DNA of 64,000 bases, filler included, from Stramenopiles sp. TOSAG23-6 (GCA_900128565.1; 19 parts of 19 records of this genome joined end to end with filler, not necessarily neighbours in it); one strand, 5' to 3'; numbered from the whole stretch's first letter, positions 10,684 to 25,588 are shown. Numbers and translations are program-made. Notes: generated by a model from the letters alone, not told the origin.

Positions 10684-13547
10684 TTTTTAAAAAAAATTTT
10701 TTTCCAAAAAAAAAAAAAAAAAAAAAAAAAAAAACAATTTTCAATGAAACAAATATTTTGACTTTTTTTTGTTTTTTTTGTTTTTTCAAATATTTTTTCA
10801 CAATGTATCTAGTGATTCAATTAGGTGGTTATATTAAAAATGGTATCGATGGAATCACAGTCACTTCTAATGATGATTTTGATGATAATTTTCGTTTTCA
10901 TGAAAATTCATCCTATTTAAATGATAAGAATAATGATGATTTTACTTTTGATTTTAATCATGATTTTAAACATAATGATTATTTTAATGATTATTTTCGA
11001 TTTCTTGAAAATAATAATGATTTTAATAATGATGATGATTTTAATAATGATGAATTTCGATTTGCAATAGAAAAAAAGGAAAAAATGCTTGTTCGAATAA
11101 ATGGTGTTATACTATCAGCAGGAAGTTCAATTGAAAGACAAGTACAGAAAAGCGTTATACAACGATTAACAAAAAAAAAANAAGAAATTCAACAAGAAAT
11201 CAAAGAACAATCAGAAGAGGGTAATGGTAATGGTGATGATGATGGTAATGATGATGGTAATGGTAATGATGATGGTCATGGTGATGATGAAGAAGATAAT
11301 GAAGATAATGAAGCTAATGATGATAATGATGATAATGATGATAATGATGAAGAAGAAGATGATAAAAAATTTCAATATGCAATAATGACACATAATTTCC
11401 CACCAATTGGTAAAACGTATGAAAATCAATTAAAAGTGAACAAAAATGATATAATTTTCATTCTTGAAGAATATAAAAGTGGAGCTAGTGAAAGATGGAG
11501 TCTGGCAATGACAATTGATAAAGAGAAAACAGGTTATGTAGCACAATCATTTTACAACATTATAACAAAAGAAGAAGCAGACATAAAATTAGATGAGGCT
11601 AAACAAGAAAAAGCAGCAATGGTTATTCAGTCTGCTTATCGTGATCGTCAAGCAAAAGCAAAACAAAATGAAGCAGCTATGGTTATTCAGTCTGCTTATC
11701 GTGATCGTCAAGCAAAACGAAATGAAGCAATCGCAGCTGCAGAACAAGCAGCTAATGATTCCGACACCGCTGGTGGTGGTACTGGTGGTGGTACTACAGA
11801 TGGTGGTGATTCCGGTAGTACAGATGGTGCAGATGCTGGTGGTAGTACACTACCACAAAAAACAAACCAACCACAGGCACCTGGTGATTCCGGTGATTCC
11901 GGTAGTACAGATGATACAGATGGTGATGGTGATGATGATGAAGAAGAAGATAATGATGATGAAGAAGAAGATGAAGAAGAAGAAGATGATGAAGAAGAAG
12001 ATGATGATGAAGAAGAAGAAGAAGAAGAAGGAGAAGAAGGAGGAGGAGAAACTACTCCTGTAGATGATGATGTTGATGTTGCTGATTCTCCAGCAGAAGA
12101 AGGCATTGGTGATGCTGATGGTGGTGAAGAAGGTGGTGGTGAAGAAGGCAAAGAATCTGTTGGCAATGCAGTTAGAACAGATCAAAAAAAAAAAGATGGT
12201 GTTGTAAATACAAAACGTATTCTTATTCTTGGAATGAGTTCTGGTGAGTATACACGGACACACCGACCTGATACGCCATTACGTGAGAGTTTCAATATTC
12301 CAGCGGATCAACATATTGAAATTTATTTCATTGATGATGTATGTTTTTTTTTTTTTTTTNAAAAAAATCGAATTTNTTTTTTGTTTTTGGTTTCATACGA
12401 AATTTTGTACCTAACAAATTTTTTTCAATTTTTTTTCAATTTTANTTTTTTTTTTTTNGTTTTTTTTTNGTAAAAAAATTTTGTATCTAACAAATTTTTT
12501 TTTTAGTAAATTTTTAAATATTTTTTCAAAATACATGGAACAGCTTCTGGTGGAGACGGTCCAGGTAAAGTGAAAGACAAAGCATGGTACAACGCTCGCA
12601 AGTCTGGATCTTCAGAGCCCGACACAATGGACAACAAGACAACACTTTTTGATTACATTGGCAAATTTGACAATTTACCAAAAGATTTTACAAACAATTT
12701 CTTTGATTTCATCTTAAATGATTGGTCGACAAGCAAATTTTTTCCTCCAGGATTTGGCCTTGTCCTTCAAAACTTACTACGACAAGGAGGCCAAATACAC
12801 ATGCAAGATATACTGCCAAAAGTGCCATATGGTTCAGGTCCCGGGGCGAGGTGTATGGATTCTAACCAAGAGAAGTTGCAACCTCCTAATCAATATGTCA
12901 TGTTATCTCAAACGATAGGTGGTGGACCTATTTACTGCATAGTAACAAATGATACGACAGTCTGGGATTTGAAGGTTGGAGTTATAACATTAAAAAACCC
13001 TGATCAATCAGCCACCAGCTACGATTCGATTATTGATATGGCAAACAATAGCAACTTACCAAATAATACTGTGGTGAAGGATATGAAGAAGAAGGTGGGA
13101 TTCATGTTTTTCCCAGGCACTCCTTTTACCGTCGGTGGAATGTCCTTTGAGGATTTTACAAAAGGTGGTGGTATGAATCAACGAATACCTTTTGAAACAT
13201 ATCCATTGGCTTCTTCTCGTTTAAAAAAAGCCGGTCATGAAGCGAAAAATTATGTTCAATTTGCTGCTACTGTAGATGGTGCTGCTACTGGTGGTGCTGC
13301 TGTTGATGGTGATGCTGCTGGTAAGAATCCAGCAAAACCAAATGCAGCTGCAGAACAAGCAGCTAATGATTCCGACACTGCTGGTGGTGGTGGTGGTGGT
13401 GATGCCGGTGATGCCGGTGGTGGTGCTGGGCCTGCTGGTGATGGGTCTGCTGGTGCTTCTCCAGCAGTAGAAGAAGAAGAAGAAGAAGATGCTGGTGATG
13501 GTGATGGTGATGCTCCTCCAGCAGTAGAAGAAGAAGAAGAAGAAGAA
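10240..13547 (+). CDS. Multi-exon fragment: SH3 domain, two IQ motifs, acidic low-complexity tracts (copy 1)
   Basis: SH3-like YAIMTHNF...QLKVNKNDII...RWSLA...KTGYVAQSFY and AAMVIQSAYR x2; the GT-AT intron 12339-12536 joins IDD|GTASGG in frame with the 12570 ORF. Confidence 0.75.
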
Positions 13548-14055
13548 NNNNNNNNNNNNNNNNNNNNNNNNNNNNNNNNNNNNNNNNNNNNTTAATTAAT
13601 TAANNNNNNNNNNNNNNNNNNNNNNNNNNNNNNNNNNNNNNNNNNNNAAAAACCTGATTATTTGACTTGTATGTTTTCTTACATTTTTTTTTTTTTTCGT
13701 AATTTTTTTTTTTTTTTTTTTTTAAAAAATTTTTTTTTTTTTTTTTTCAAAATTTTTTTTTTTTTGTACGAGAAAAAAAAATCATACTAACAATTTTTTT
13801 ACATTTTTTTCTAAAATATTATGTACATAGTATACGTATACAACAAATTATAAATTCGCGTCGAAGTAATCGTTTATTCATATCCATTGCAAAAAACACG
13901 AAATCTAAAATATTAAATTCAAAATGTCGTCGTCAAATTTCACAATATCAACAAAAAAAAATATTAGACAATGAAACAAACAAAATTCAAAAATTAGAAG
14001 AACAAAAAAATAATGTACGCTTTCATTTCAATTTTGAATTTATTTATTTATTTTG

Positions 14056-14091
<36 letters not shown>

Positions 14092-17000
14092 TTTTTAAAA
14101 AAAATTTTTTTCCAAAAAAAAAAAAAAAAAAAAAAAAAAAAACAATTTTCAATGAAACAAATATTTTGACTTTTTTTTGTTTTTTTTGTTTTTTCAAATA
14201 TTTTTTCACAATGTATCTAGTGATTCAATTAGGTGGTTATATTAAAAATGGTATCGATGGAATCACAGTCACTTCTAATGATGATTTTGATGATAATTTT
14301 CGTTTTCATGAAAATTCATCCTATTTAAATGATAAGAATAATGATGATTTTACTTTTGATTTTAATCATGATTTTAAACATAATGATTATTTTAATGATT
14401 ATTTTCGATTTCTTGAAAATAATAATGATTTTAATAATGATGATGATTTTAATAATGATGAATTTCGATTTGCAATAGAAAAAAAGGAAAAAATGCTTGT
14501 TCGAATAAATGGTGTTATACTATCAGCAGGAAGTTCAATTGAAAGACAAGTACAGAAAAGCGTTATACAACGATTAACAAAAAAAAAACAAGAAATTCAA
14601 CAAGAAATCAAAGAACAATCAGAAGAGGGTAATGGTAATGGTGATGATGATGGTAATGATGATGGTAATGGTAATGATGATGGTCATGGTGATGATGAAG
14701 AAGATAATGAAGATAATGAAGCTAATGATGATAATGATGATAATGATGATAATGATGAAGAAGAAGATGATAAAAAATTTCAATATGCAATAATGACACA
14801 TAATTTCCCACCAATTGGTAAAACGTATGAAAATCAATTAAAAGTGAACAAAAATGATATAATTTTCATTCTTGAAGAATATAAAAGTGGAGCTAGTGAA
14901 AGATGGAGTCTGGCAATGACAATTGATAAAGAGAAAACAGGTTATGTAGCACAATCATTTTACAACATTATAACAAAAGAAGAAGCAGACATAAAATTAG
15001 ATGAGGCTAAACAAGAAAAAGCAGCAATGGTTATTCAGTCTGCTTATCGTGATCGTCAAGCAAAAGCAAAACAAAATGAAGCAGCTATGGTTATTCAGTC
15101 TGCTTATCGTGATCGTCAAGCAAAACGAAATGAAGCAATCGCAGCTGCAGAACAAGCAGCTAATGATTCCGACACCGCTGGTGGTGGTACTGGTGGTGGT
15201 ACTACAGATGGTGGTGATTCCGGTAGTACAGATGGTGCAGATGCTGGTGGTAGTACACTACCACAAAAAACAAACCAACCACAGGCACCTGGTGATTCCG
15301 GTGATTCCGGTAGTACAGATGATACAGATGGTGATGGTGATGATGATGAAGAAGAAGATAATGATGATGAAGAAGAAGATGAAGAAGAAGAAGATGATGA
15401 AGAAGAAGATGATGATGAAGAAGAAGAAGAAGAAGAAGGAGAAGAAGGAGGAGGAGAAACTACTCCTGTAGATGATGATGTTGATGTTGCTGATTCTCCA
15501 GCAGAAGAAGGCATTGGTGATGCTGATGGTGGTGAAGAAGGTGGTGGTGAAGAAGGCAAAGAATCTGTTGGCAATGCAGTTAGAACAGATCAAAAAAAAA
15601 AAGATGGTGTTGTAAATACAAAACGTATTCTTATTCTTGGAATGAGTTCTGGTGAGTATACACGGACACACCGACCTGATACGCCATTACGTGAGAGTTT
15701 CAATATTCCAGCGGATCAACATATTGAAATTTATTTCATTGATGATGTATNTTTTTTTTTTTTTTTTCAAAAAAATCGAATTTNTTTTTTGTTTTTGGTT
15801 TCATACGAAATTTTGTACCTAACAAATTTTTTTCAATTTTTTTTCAATTTTAATTTTTTTTTTTTTGTTTTTTTTTCGTAAAAAAATTTTGTATCTAACA
15901 AATTTTTTTTTTAGTAAATTTTTAAATATTTTTTCAAAATACATGGAACAGCTTCTGGTGGAGACGGTCCAGGTAAAGTGAAAGACAAAGCATGGTACAA
16001 CGCTCGCAAGTCTGGATCTTCAGAGCCCGACACAATGGACAACAAGACAACACTTTTTGATTACATTGGCAAATTTGACAATTTACCAAAAGATTTTACA
16101 AACAATTTCTTTGATTTCATCTTAAATGATTGGTCGACAAGCAAATTTTTTCCTCCAGGATTTGGCCTTGTCCTTCAAAACTTACTACGACAAGGAGGCC
16201 AAATACACATGCAAGATATACTGCCAAAAGTGCCATATGGTTCAGGTCCCGGGGCGAGGTGTATGGATTCTAACCAAGAGAAGTTGCAACCTCCTAATCA
16301 ATATGTCATGTTATCTCAAACGATAGGTGGTGGACCTATTTACTGCATAGTAACAAATGATACGACAGTCTGGGATTTGAAGGTTGGAGTTATAACATTA
16401 AAAAACCCTGATCAATCAGCCACCAGCTACGATTCGATTATTGATATGGCAAACAATAGCAACTTACCAAATAATACTGTGGTGAAGGATATGAAGAAGA
16501 AGGTGGGATTCATGTTTTTCCCAGGCACTCCTTTTACCGTCGGTGGAATGTCCTTTGAGGATTTTACAAAAGGTGGTGGTATGAATCAACGAATACCTTT
16601 TGAAACATATCCATTGGCTTCTTCTCGTTTAAAAAAAGCCGGTCATGAAGCGAAAAATTATGTTCAATTTGCTGCTACTGTAGATGGTGCTGCTACTGGT
16701 GGTGCTGCTGTTGATGGTGATGCTGCTGGTAAGAATCCAGCAAAACCAAATGCAGCTGCAGAACAAGCAGCTAATGATTCCGACACTGCTGGTGGTGGTG
16801 GTGGTGGTGATGCCGGTGATGCCGGTGGTGGTGCTGGGCCTGCTGGTGATGGGTCTGCTGGTGCTTCTCCAGCAGTAGAAGAAGAAGAAGAAGAAGATGC
16901 TGGTGATGGTGATGGTGATGCTCCTCCAGCAGTAGAAGAAGAAGAAGAAGAAGAANNNNNNNNNNNNNNNNNNNNNNNNNNNNNNNNNNNNNNNNNNNNT

Positions 17001-17463
17001 TAATTAATTAANNNNNNNNNNNNNNNNNNNNNNNNNNNNNNNNNNNNNNNNNNNNAAAAACCTGATTATTTGACTTGTATGTTTTCTTACATTTTTTTTT
17101 TTTTTCGTAATTTTTTTTTTTTTTTTTTTTTAAAAAATTTTTTTTTTTTTTTTTTCAAAATTTTTTTTTTTTTGTACGAGAAAAAAAAATCATACTAACA
17201 ATTTTTTTACATTTTTTTCTAAAATATTATGTACATAGTATACGTATACAACAAATTATAAATTCGCGTCGAAGTAATCGTTTATTCATATCCATTGCAA
17301 AAAACACGAAATCTAAAATATTAAATTCAAAATGTCGTCGTCAAATTTCACAATATCAACAAAAAAAAATATTAGACAATGAAACAAACAAAATTCAAAA
17401 ATTAGAAGAACAAAAAAATAATGTACGCTTTCATTTCAATTTTGAATTTATTTATTTATTTTG

Positions 17464-17499
<36 letters not shown>

Positions 17500-20363
17500 T
17501 TTTTAAAAAAAATTTTTTTCCAAAAAAAAAAAAAAAAAAAAAAAAAAAAACAATTTTCAATGAAACAAATATTTTGACTTTTTTTTGTTTTTTTTGTTTT
17601 TTCAAATATTTTTTCACAATGTATCTAGTGATTCAATTAGGTGGTTATATTAAAAATGGTATCGATGGAATCACAGTCACTTCTAATGATGATTTTGATG
17701 ATAATTTTCGTTTTCATGAAAATTCATCCTATTTAAATGATAAGAATAATGATGATTTTACTTTTGATTTTAATCATGATTTTAAACATAATGATTATTT
17801 TAATGATTATTTTCGATTTCTTGAAAATAATAATGATTTTAATAATGATGATGATTTTAATAATGATGAATTTCGATTTGCAATAGAAAAAAAGGAAAAA
17901 ATGCTTGTTCGAATAAATGGTGTTATACTATCAGCAGGAAGTTCAATTGAAAGACAAGTACAGAAAAGCGTTATACAACGATTAACAAAAAAAAAANAAG
18001 AAATTCAACAAGAAATCAAAGAACAATCAGAAGAGGGTAATGGTAATGGTGATGATGATGGTAATGATGATGGTAATGGTAATGATGATGGTCATGGTGA
18101 TGATGAAGAAGATAATGAAGATAATGAAGCTAATGATGATAATGATGATAATGATGATAATGATGAAGAAGAAGATGATAAAAAATTTCAATATGCAATA
18201 ATGACACATAATTTCCCACCAATTGGTAAAACGTATGAAAATCAATTAAAAGTGAACAAAAATGATATAATTTTCATTCTTGAAGAATATAAAAGTGGAG
18301 CTAGTGAAAGATGGAGTCTGGCAATGACAATTGATAAAGAGAAAACAGGTTATGTAGCACAATCATTTTACAACATTATAACAAAAGAAGAAGCAGACAT
18401 AAAATTAGATGAGGCTAAACAAGAAAAAGCAGCAATGGTTATTCAGTCTGCTTATCGTGATCGTCAAGCAAAAGCAAAACAAAATGAAGCAGCTATGGTT
18501 ATTCAGTCTGCTTATCGTGATCGTCAAGCAAAACGAAATGAAGCAATCGCAGCTGCAGAACAAGCAGCTAATGATTCCGACACCGCTGGTGGTGGTACTG
18601 GTGGTGGTACTACAGATGGTGGTGATTCCGGTAGTACAGATGGTGCAGATGCTGGTGGTAGTACACTACCACAAAAAACAAACCAACCACAGGCACCTGG
18701 TGATTCCGGTGATTCCGGTAGTACAGATGATACAGATGGTGATGGTGATGATGATGAAGAAGAAGATAATGATGATGAAGAAGAAGATGAAGAAGAAGAA
18801 GATGATGAAGAAGAAGATGATGATGAAGAAGAAGAAGAAGAAGAAGGAGAAGAAGGAGGAGGAGAAACTACTCCTGTAGATGATGATGTTGATGTTGCTG
18901 ATTCTCCAGCAGAAGAAGGCATTGGTGATGCTGATGGTGGTGAAGAAGGTGGTGGTGAAGAAGGCAAAGAATCTGTTGGCAATGCAGTTAGAACAGATCA
19001 AAAAAAAAAAGATGGTGTTGTAAATACAAAACGTATTCTTATTCTTGGAATGAGTTCTGGTGAGTATACACGGACACACCGACCTGATACGCCATTACGT
19101 GAGAGTTTCAATATTCCAGCGGATCAACATATTGAAATTTATTTCATTGATGATGTNTGTTTTTTTTTTTTTTTTNAAAAAAATCGAATTTNTTTTTTGT
19201 TTTTGGTTTCATACGAAATTTTGTACCTAACAAATTTTTTTCAATTTTTTTTCAATTTTAATTTTTTTTTTTTNGTTTTTTTTTCGTAAAAAAATTTTGT
19301 ATCTAACAAATTTTTTTTTTAGTAAATTTTTAAATATTTTTTCAAAATACATGGAACAGCTTCTGGTGGAGACGGTCCAGGTAAAGTGAAAGACAAAGCA
19401 TGGTACAACGCTCGCAAGTCTGGATCTTCAGAGCCCGACACAATGGACAACAAGACAACACTTTTTGATTACATTGGCAAATTTGACAATTTACCAAAAG
19501 ATTTTACAAACAATTTCTTTGATTTCATCTTAAATGATTGGTCGACAAGCAAATTTTTTCCTCCAGGATTTGGCCTTGTCCTTCAAAACTTACTACGACA
19601 AGGAGGCCAAATACACATGCAAGATATACTGCCAAAAGTGCCATATGGTTCAGGTCCCGGGGCGAGGTGTATGGATTCTAACCAAGAGAAGTTGCAACCT
19701 CCTAATCAATATGTCATGTTATCTCAAACGATAGGTGGTGGACCTATTTACTGCATAGTAACAAATGATACGACAGTCTGGGATTTGAAGGTTGGAGTTA
19801 TAACATTAAAAAACCCTGATCAATCAGCCACCAGCTACGATTCGATTATTGATATGGCAAACAATAGCAACTTACCAAATAATACTGTGGTGAAGGATAT
19901 GAAGAAGAAGGTGGGATTCATGTTTTTCCCAGGCACTCCTTTTACCGTCGGTGGAATGTCCTTTGAGGATTTTACAAAAGGTGGTGGTATGAATCAACGA
20001 ATACCTTTTGAAACATATCCATTGGCTTCTTCTCGTTTAAAAAAAGCCGGTCATGAAGCGAAAAATTATGTTCAATTTGCTGCTACTGTAGATGGTGCTG
20101 CTACTGGTGGTGCTGCTGTTGATGGTGATGCTGCTGGTAAGAATCCAGCAAAACCAAATGCAGCTGCAGAACAAGCAGCTAATGATTCCGACACTGCTGG
20201 TGGTGGTGGTGGTGGTGATGCCGGTGATGCCGGTGGTGGTGCTGGGCCTGCTGGTGATGGGTCTGCTGGTGCTTCTCCAGCAGTAGAAGAAGAAGAAGAA
20301 GAAGATGCTGGTGATGGTGATGGTGATGCTCCTCCAGCAGTAGAAGAAGAAGAAGAAGAAGAA
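10240..20363 (+). repeat. Three near-identical 3.3 kb contigs (10240-13547, 13648-16955, 17056-20363): assembly redundancy
   Basis: Identical except at N positions, same breakpoints, separated by artificial linkers. Confidence 0.93.
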
Positions 20364-21398
20364 NNNNNNNNNNNNNNNNNNNNNNNNNNNNNNNNNNNNN
20401 NNNNNNNTTAATTAATTAANNNNNNNNNNNNNNNNNNNNNNNNNNNNNNNNNNNNNNNNNNNNTAAATGTATGTTTTATTTTTTTTCAAATTCTATTTTT
20501 TTTCGTACGAAATTTTGTACCTAACAAATTTCAATTTTTTTTTTTGAAATATTTTTCCAAAATACATGGGTAAAGTAAAGAGACCAAAAGGAAGTGGCCG
20601 AATGAAACACAGATATGATTTCGATTTGTCATCACCAAAGACTGCGAAACGAAATTATATTCCAGAGTATAGAATCGAAAATGATAAATTTGCTAAAAGT
20701 TGGGTCAAATCACGAGCATGTATTTTTTTTTTTTTTTTTCAATTTTTTATTTTATTTTTTTTTCGTACGAAATTTTGTACCTAACAAACTTTTTTAGATT
20801 TTTTTTGAAATATTTTTCCAAAATATATATAAGCAGGCTGTTAGAGGATATATGCGTGCTGAAAGGGCGGATCGTAGGACTAAATTAAAGAGATATATGT
20901 ACGTTGTTTTAGTATGAATTTTTAGTATGAATTTTTAGTATGAATTTTTAGTATGAATTTTTTACTACACTTTGGAGTTCAATTTGTACCTAACAAAATT
21001 TGAATTTTTTTTTTCAATATGTTTCAACACTATTTGCCTAAAAGAGGAAGAAATCATAAATCAGAAATTGAATATTCTGGAGATAGTTCCAGTAGTGAAA
21101 GTGATTATTGAACCCTAACCCTAATCATAAATCAGAAATTGAATTTTTCTTATCTCTTTGTGTAAAACATGACTACAAAATAACTAAAAAAAATACAATT
21201 TTGTTTTTACTTGCAAATTTTATTTTTGAAAATGATATAAATATAATATAATAAATATGATATAAATGATATATATTTTTAAGTATACATTTTCTTCAAA
21301 TATTTTTGTTTTGTACAATGAATATTCAATATTTTCAATATTGTACACTTTGAAAAGCACGAAATAGAGTACGGAATTTTGGTACAAAGACTCTTTTT

Positions 21399-22286
21399 TT
21401 AATTGACAAGTTCAATAGATTTAATATTTTTAATTCCCTGTTGTTCAAGTCGATTCCTCATTTATTTTGGAAAAATATTTAAAAAAAAAAAAAAAAATTG
21501 TTAGGTACAAAATTTCCTATGAAAAAAAAAAATCAAAATTCAATTTTGAAAACGTACATTGTGTCCAAATCATTCGCAGAAATCCCAAGATCATTCTTAA
21601 TTTCTTCAACTGACTGGCTTCCATCGTCATATATGACTAAAACTCTTCGGCATTTATTTTGAAGAAATATGTAAAAACGTGAATTTTATGAGAATTTTTG
21701 AAAAAAAAAAAAAAAATTTTTGAAAAAAAAATTTTTTTTTGAAAAAAAAAAACAACCCTAACCCTAAAAACCCTAAAAACCCTAAAAACCCTAAAAACCC
21801 TAAAAACCCTAAAAACCTAAATTACAACAAATTCATAGTAAAAACCTACATGTTGTGTTCTCTAGCCAACCTTCACCTCCTGATATATGCCATGCATTCC
21901 TCATCATTAACTCGAAGTAATCATCATCGTCAATGGAGGCACTGATATCTCGATAATATTCGGCAAATTCATCGGGGGTGATTACACCACTCTTTTTTGT
22001 AGAAAAATATTTCAAAAAAAAAAATTGTTAGGTACAAAATTTCCTACGAAAAAATTTTTTTTTTCCGAAAAAAAAAAAAAAAAAAAAAAAAACATACATC
22101 ATCTTTATCCCACTGATGAGCAAAGTGTTGCAAAGCTTCTTCCTCGGTTTTTCTTCCCGATAAAACGTCCGGATGTTGTGAACAATCATAAATGTTTTTG
22201 ATATCTTCCAATGTAACTGTACCATCACAATTATTATCAAGTAAATTATATGCTTTTGTGACAAAAGACATTCTCCTTTCATTCAT
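21399..22286 (-). CDS. Calcyphosin-like EF-hand Ca2+-binding protein, 3' exons
   Basis: EF-hands DNNCDGTVTLEDI and DKDD|SGVITPDEF; SASIDDDDYFELMMRNAWHISGGEGW...NTT|CRRVLV. Introns 21992-22097 (GT-AG), 21652-21849 (GT-AT), 21460-21557 (GT-AT). Confidence 0.85.
21756..21820 (+). repeat. Telomere-like CCCTAA / CCCTAAAAA tandem array inside an intron
   Basis: CCCTAACCCTAAAAA followed by further 9-bp units. Confidence 0.8.
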
Positions 22287-22421
22287 GTATTTTAGAAAAA
22301 TATTTCAAAATTTTTTTTTTTAGTTTCAAAAAAAAAAAAAAATTTGTTAGGTACAAAATTTCGTACGAAAAAAAATTTAAAAAAAATTTAAAAAAAAAAA
22401 TTTGAAATTGAAACCGTACGT

Positions 22422-23710
22422 GTGTGAGGTATTCTTGTTCATGTACCATAAAGCAGTCAAAGACCATAAAACACTTCATAGCTAGACCTGGATACATGAA
22501 AAATATCACTGCATTCAATAAGGCAATTCCTTCATTTTTTGCACTTGATTTTGTGTATTGACTAAATCGTTGACCACAACATTTACAACAACATGTATTG
22601 TGAAAAAACACGAAATCACAAAAAACATCGTGAGGTACGAAATTTTTTAAATTGTATGAAAAAAAAGAAAATTTTTTTTAAATTTTAAACAAATTTGAAA
22701 TGAAAAAAAAGAAAAAATATTTCGTGTAAAAAAAAAAAAACATACATGTATACCCTAATAACAGCCAGATGATAAACACAAGAATCGATAGTATTGGCAA
22801 AATACAAAGATGAATATAAAAACCATTCGAAAAACTTGTACTTAAATTACACAAATCAACTGGTCCAATAATACCCGTCAAATCGATATTAATTGCACTA
22901 AATCCGCGATAAAAGTTTTTAAATTTCAACGGAAATGGCGCATTTACTGTGACATCAAGTTGAGTTAGAATTTGAAAATAAGATACTAAAAGCTTCAATA
23001 TACTACGGATATCCGTCAAGGCAATAAGCCATTGATTTGATAATAACTTCTTTAAAGCGTCTTTGGACTCTTTGGCTTGTGCAGCTGCACTCTTTGCCGT
23101 GCTCTTCACAGATGATACGGCATCAAGTGTAGCTTTACGCACAACTGCTGCACTATTTCCATCGCTTTGAAGTGTAGACTCAGCATATGCAGATTGTTCC
23201 ATTAAGGCTCCTCCTGCATGTTCCAGATATCCCAAAGATCTACTTTTTTCATCATCTTCCATTGCAGCAAGATCATCCGCATCTGTCCATTGTGGAGCTG
23301 GTTTTGACATACAATAGCACGATAACATACACCACAATAATAACAAAAATAATATTAATAAAATACCAGCAGCAGGAGAAGTTTCCGCACAATCTCTCTG
23401 TTCACATTTCATACCAGATTTATGTATTTTGGAAAATATTTCAAAAAAAAATTCTAAAAAATTTGTTAGGTACAAAATTTTTATAAAAAAAAAAAATTCG
23501 ATTTTTTTTTTTTTTGGTAAAGAAAAAAAAAAAAAATAAAACATACATAATATCCTTTTGTATCATCACACAATACACACAAAATGCCTTTCCGTCCAGT
23601 AGCACAATTATTCCAAGATGTATTATTTTTTCCACCACCAAGGCATGTTCCATCGAGAGGACATTTAACAATCTCCAACGTCGATTCATATCCAGTCTTC
23701 AACACGACGT
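22422..23710 (-). CDS. Cys-rich extracellular, multi-pass membrane protein fragment (multi-exon)
   Basis: CATGRKGILCVLC, a TM segment, LKLLVSYFQI and YPGLAMKCFMVFDC are typical of protist large polytopic membrane proteins; interrupted by family introns. Confidence 0.65.
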
Positions 23711-24113
23711 ATGTATTTTGGAAAAATATTTCAAAATTTTTTTTTTTAGTTTCAAAAAAAAAAAAAAAANNNNNNNNNNNNNNNNNNNNNNNNNNNNNNN
23801 NNNNNNNNNNNNNTTAATTAATTAANNNNNNNNNNNNNNNNNNNNNNNNNNNNNNNNNNNNNNNNNNNNTGTACCTAACAAATTTTTTAGAATTTTTTTT
23901 CAAATATTTTTCCAAAATACATCTTGCAACTAAATTAGTACATTTTTTGTATTGGTTTGGACGTCTTTCTCCCTTAATTGCTGAAAATGTTTGTATGTAT
24001 TTTCATCCCTTGGGATTTCGTGTCATTAAAACCTCTACCCCGACAAAGAAAACAACTGTACGTGTTTTTCGTGTTTTTTTACTTACATATGTTTTTTTTT
24101 TTTGTTTTTTCTA

Positions 24114-24166
<53 letters not shown>

Positions 24167-24472
24167 TTTTTTTTTTTCCCGGAAAAAAAAAAAAAAAAAA
24201 AAAAACATACATAAACTTCGAGAGCGTCAAGAAACATTTCATCGCAATCAAAATAATTTGGGTTTAGATTATCCTCGGTATATGTTTTCAAGTCTCTTAA
24301 ATTCTCTGGAATATTTCTGTTTGTAAAGAATATATCAATATATTGTGAAAAAATATTTCAAAAAAAAATTCTAAAAAATTTGTTAGGTACAAAATTTTTT
24401 TACNAAAAAAAAAAAAAAAAAATTTACTGTAAAAAAAAAATTTACTGTAAAAAAAAAAAAAATAAAACATAC

Positions 24473-25588
24473 ATTCATCAATGTAAATGTTTCGCCAAGT
24501 TCAATCATCTTCATTTGTATAAAAAAACGAACCAATAAAACCAAGACATAGCTACCTATCCCGCCTAAATATGGAATATCCATTTTATAATGGTGTAGAA
24601 ATATTTTTAACAAAATAATCATTGATTTAGCATCATCATTCAATTGTAAAGTATGTTTAACAATCTGAACAGCTGCTTGGTTTTTGTTACCTGGTATCCA
24701 TAAAGATATATCAAATTCTGTATCATTTTGCATAGTCATTTTTATAATAGGATGTTTTGTGTTACTGATTGTTTTTATACTCTTTATATGACGTTTGATT
24801 TTGGTATTCAAGATTCTTTCCAATTCAAATAATTTCGACAGTTTTTGATCTAATGTGAAGTCATTAATATTTTGTAATTCTTTACTTGTAACAGATAAAT
24901 CAACGTCGGATTGTCCTGGTAAATATAAACCATAAGATGCTGAGCCATATAATACAATATGTACATCTTCCCATGTAGTTTGAATTGCTTCTTTTATGAT
25001 TGGAATGTATTCCTCTGCACTTTGAAGACTTGGTAAACCTTCTACATTGCGCAACTTGTAATCTAAAATATCAAACAATTGTTGTTGGATGTCCCAGTGG
25101 AGAGGTTTTAATTGACTACAACTTATCTGCATTTTCTGCATTTTAAGTAGTAAAGACTCACTATTTGATTGAGGAAGTATGCATTGACTGAGCTCGCCAG
25201 GTATAAAGGGTGGTAGTGTTGCGGATGGCACATGTGGAATACTTCTTTGTGGTTGCTGTTTTTGTTCTTGATGCTGCGTTACAAGTTGTTGCTCGGGAGC
25301 ACGCCAAAAGTGGATTCTCGGACGCTGCGCTTGCAAATCATTTGATATATTCACAGATTGTGTATTTTGAGATTGTTGTTGCTCGGGAAAAGGTACACCT
25401 CGCCAAAAGGGGATTCTCGGAGGTTGCGCATGCAAATCTGAATCATTTGAGCTATTCGCAGATTGTGTATTTTGAGGTTGTCGTGAAGGTTGGTCTGCAC
25501 CTTTTGCAAATTGCACAGACTGCGAACTAAATGAACAAACAATACATAATAGGACAATATATACTTGGTATAAATATTTCATTTTCAT
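24473..25588 (-). CDS. Non-canonical poly(A) polymerase / terminal nucleotidyltransferase (TRF4/Cid-like), first exon
   Basis: Pol-beta motif YGSASYGLYLPGQSDVDL, third Asp in FDISL, and GGIGSYVL. Confidence 0.85.

Noticed and set aside
10240-20363. Apparent tandem triplication of a 3.4 kb gene
   Set aside because: Copies are separated by artificial linkers and share breakpoints; they are redundant contigs placed together by length sorting.
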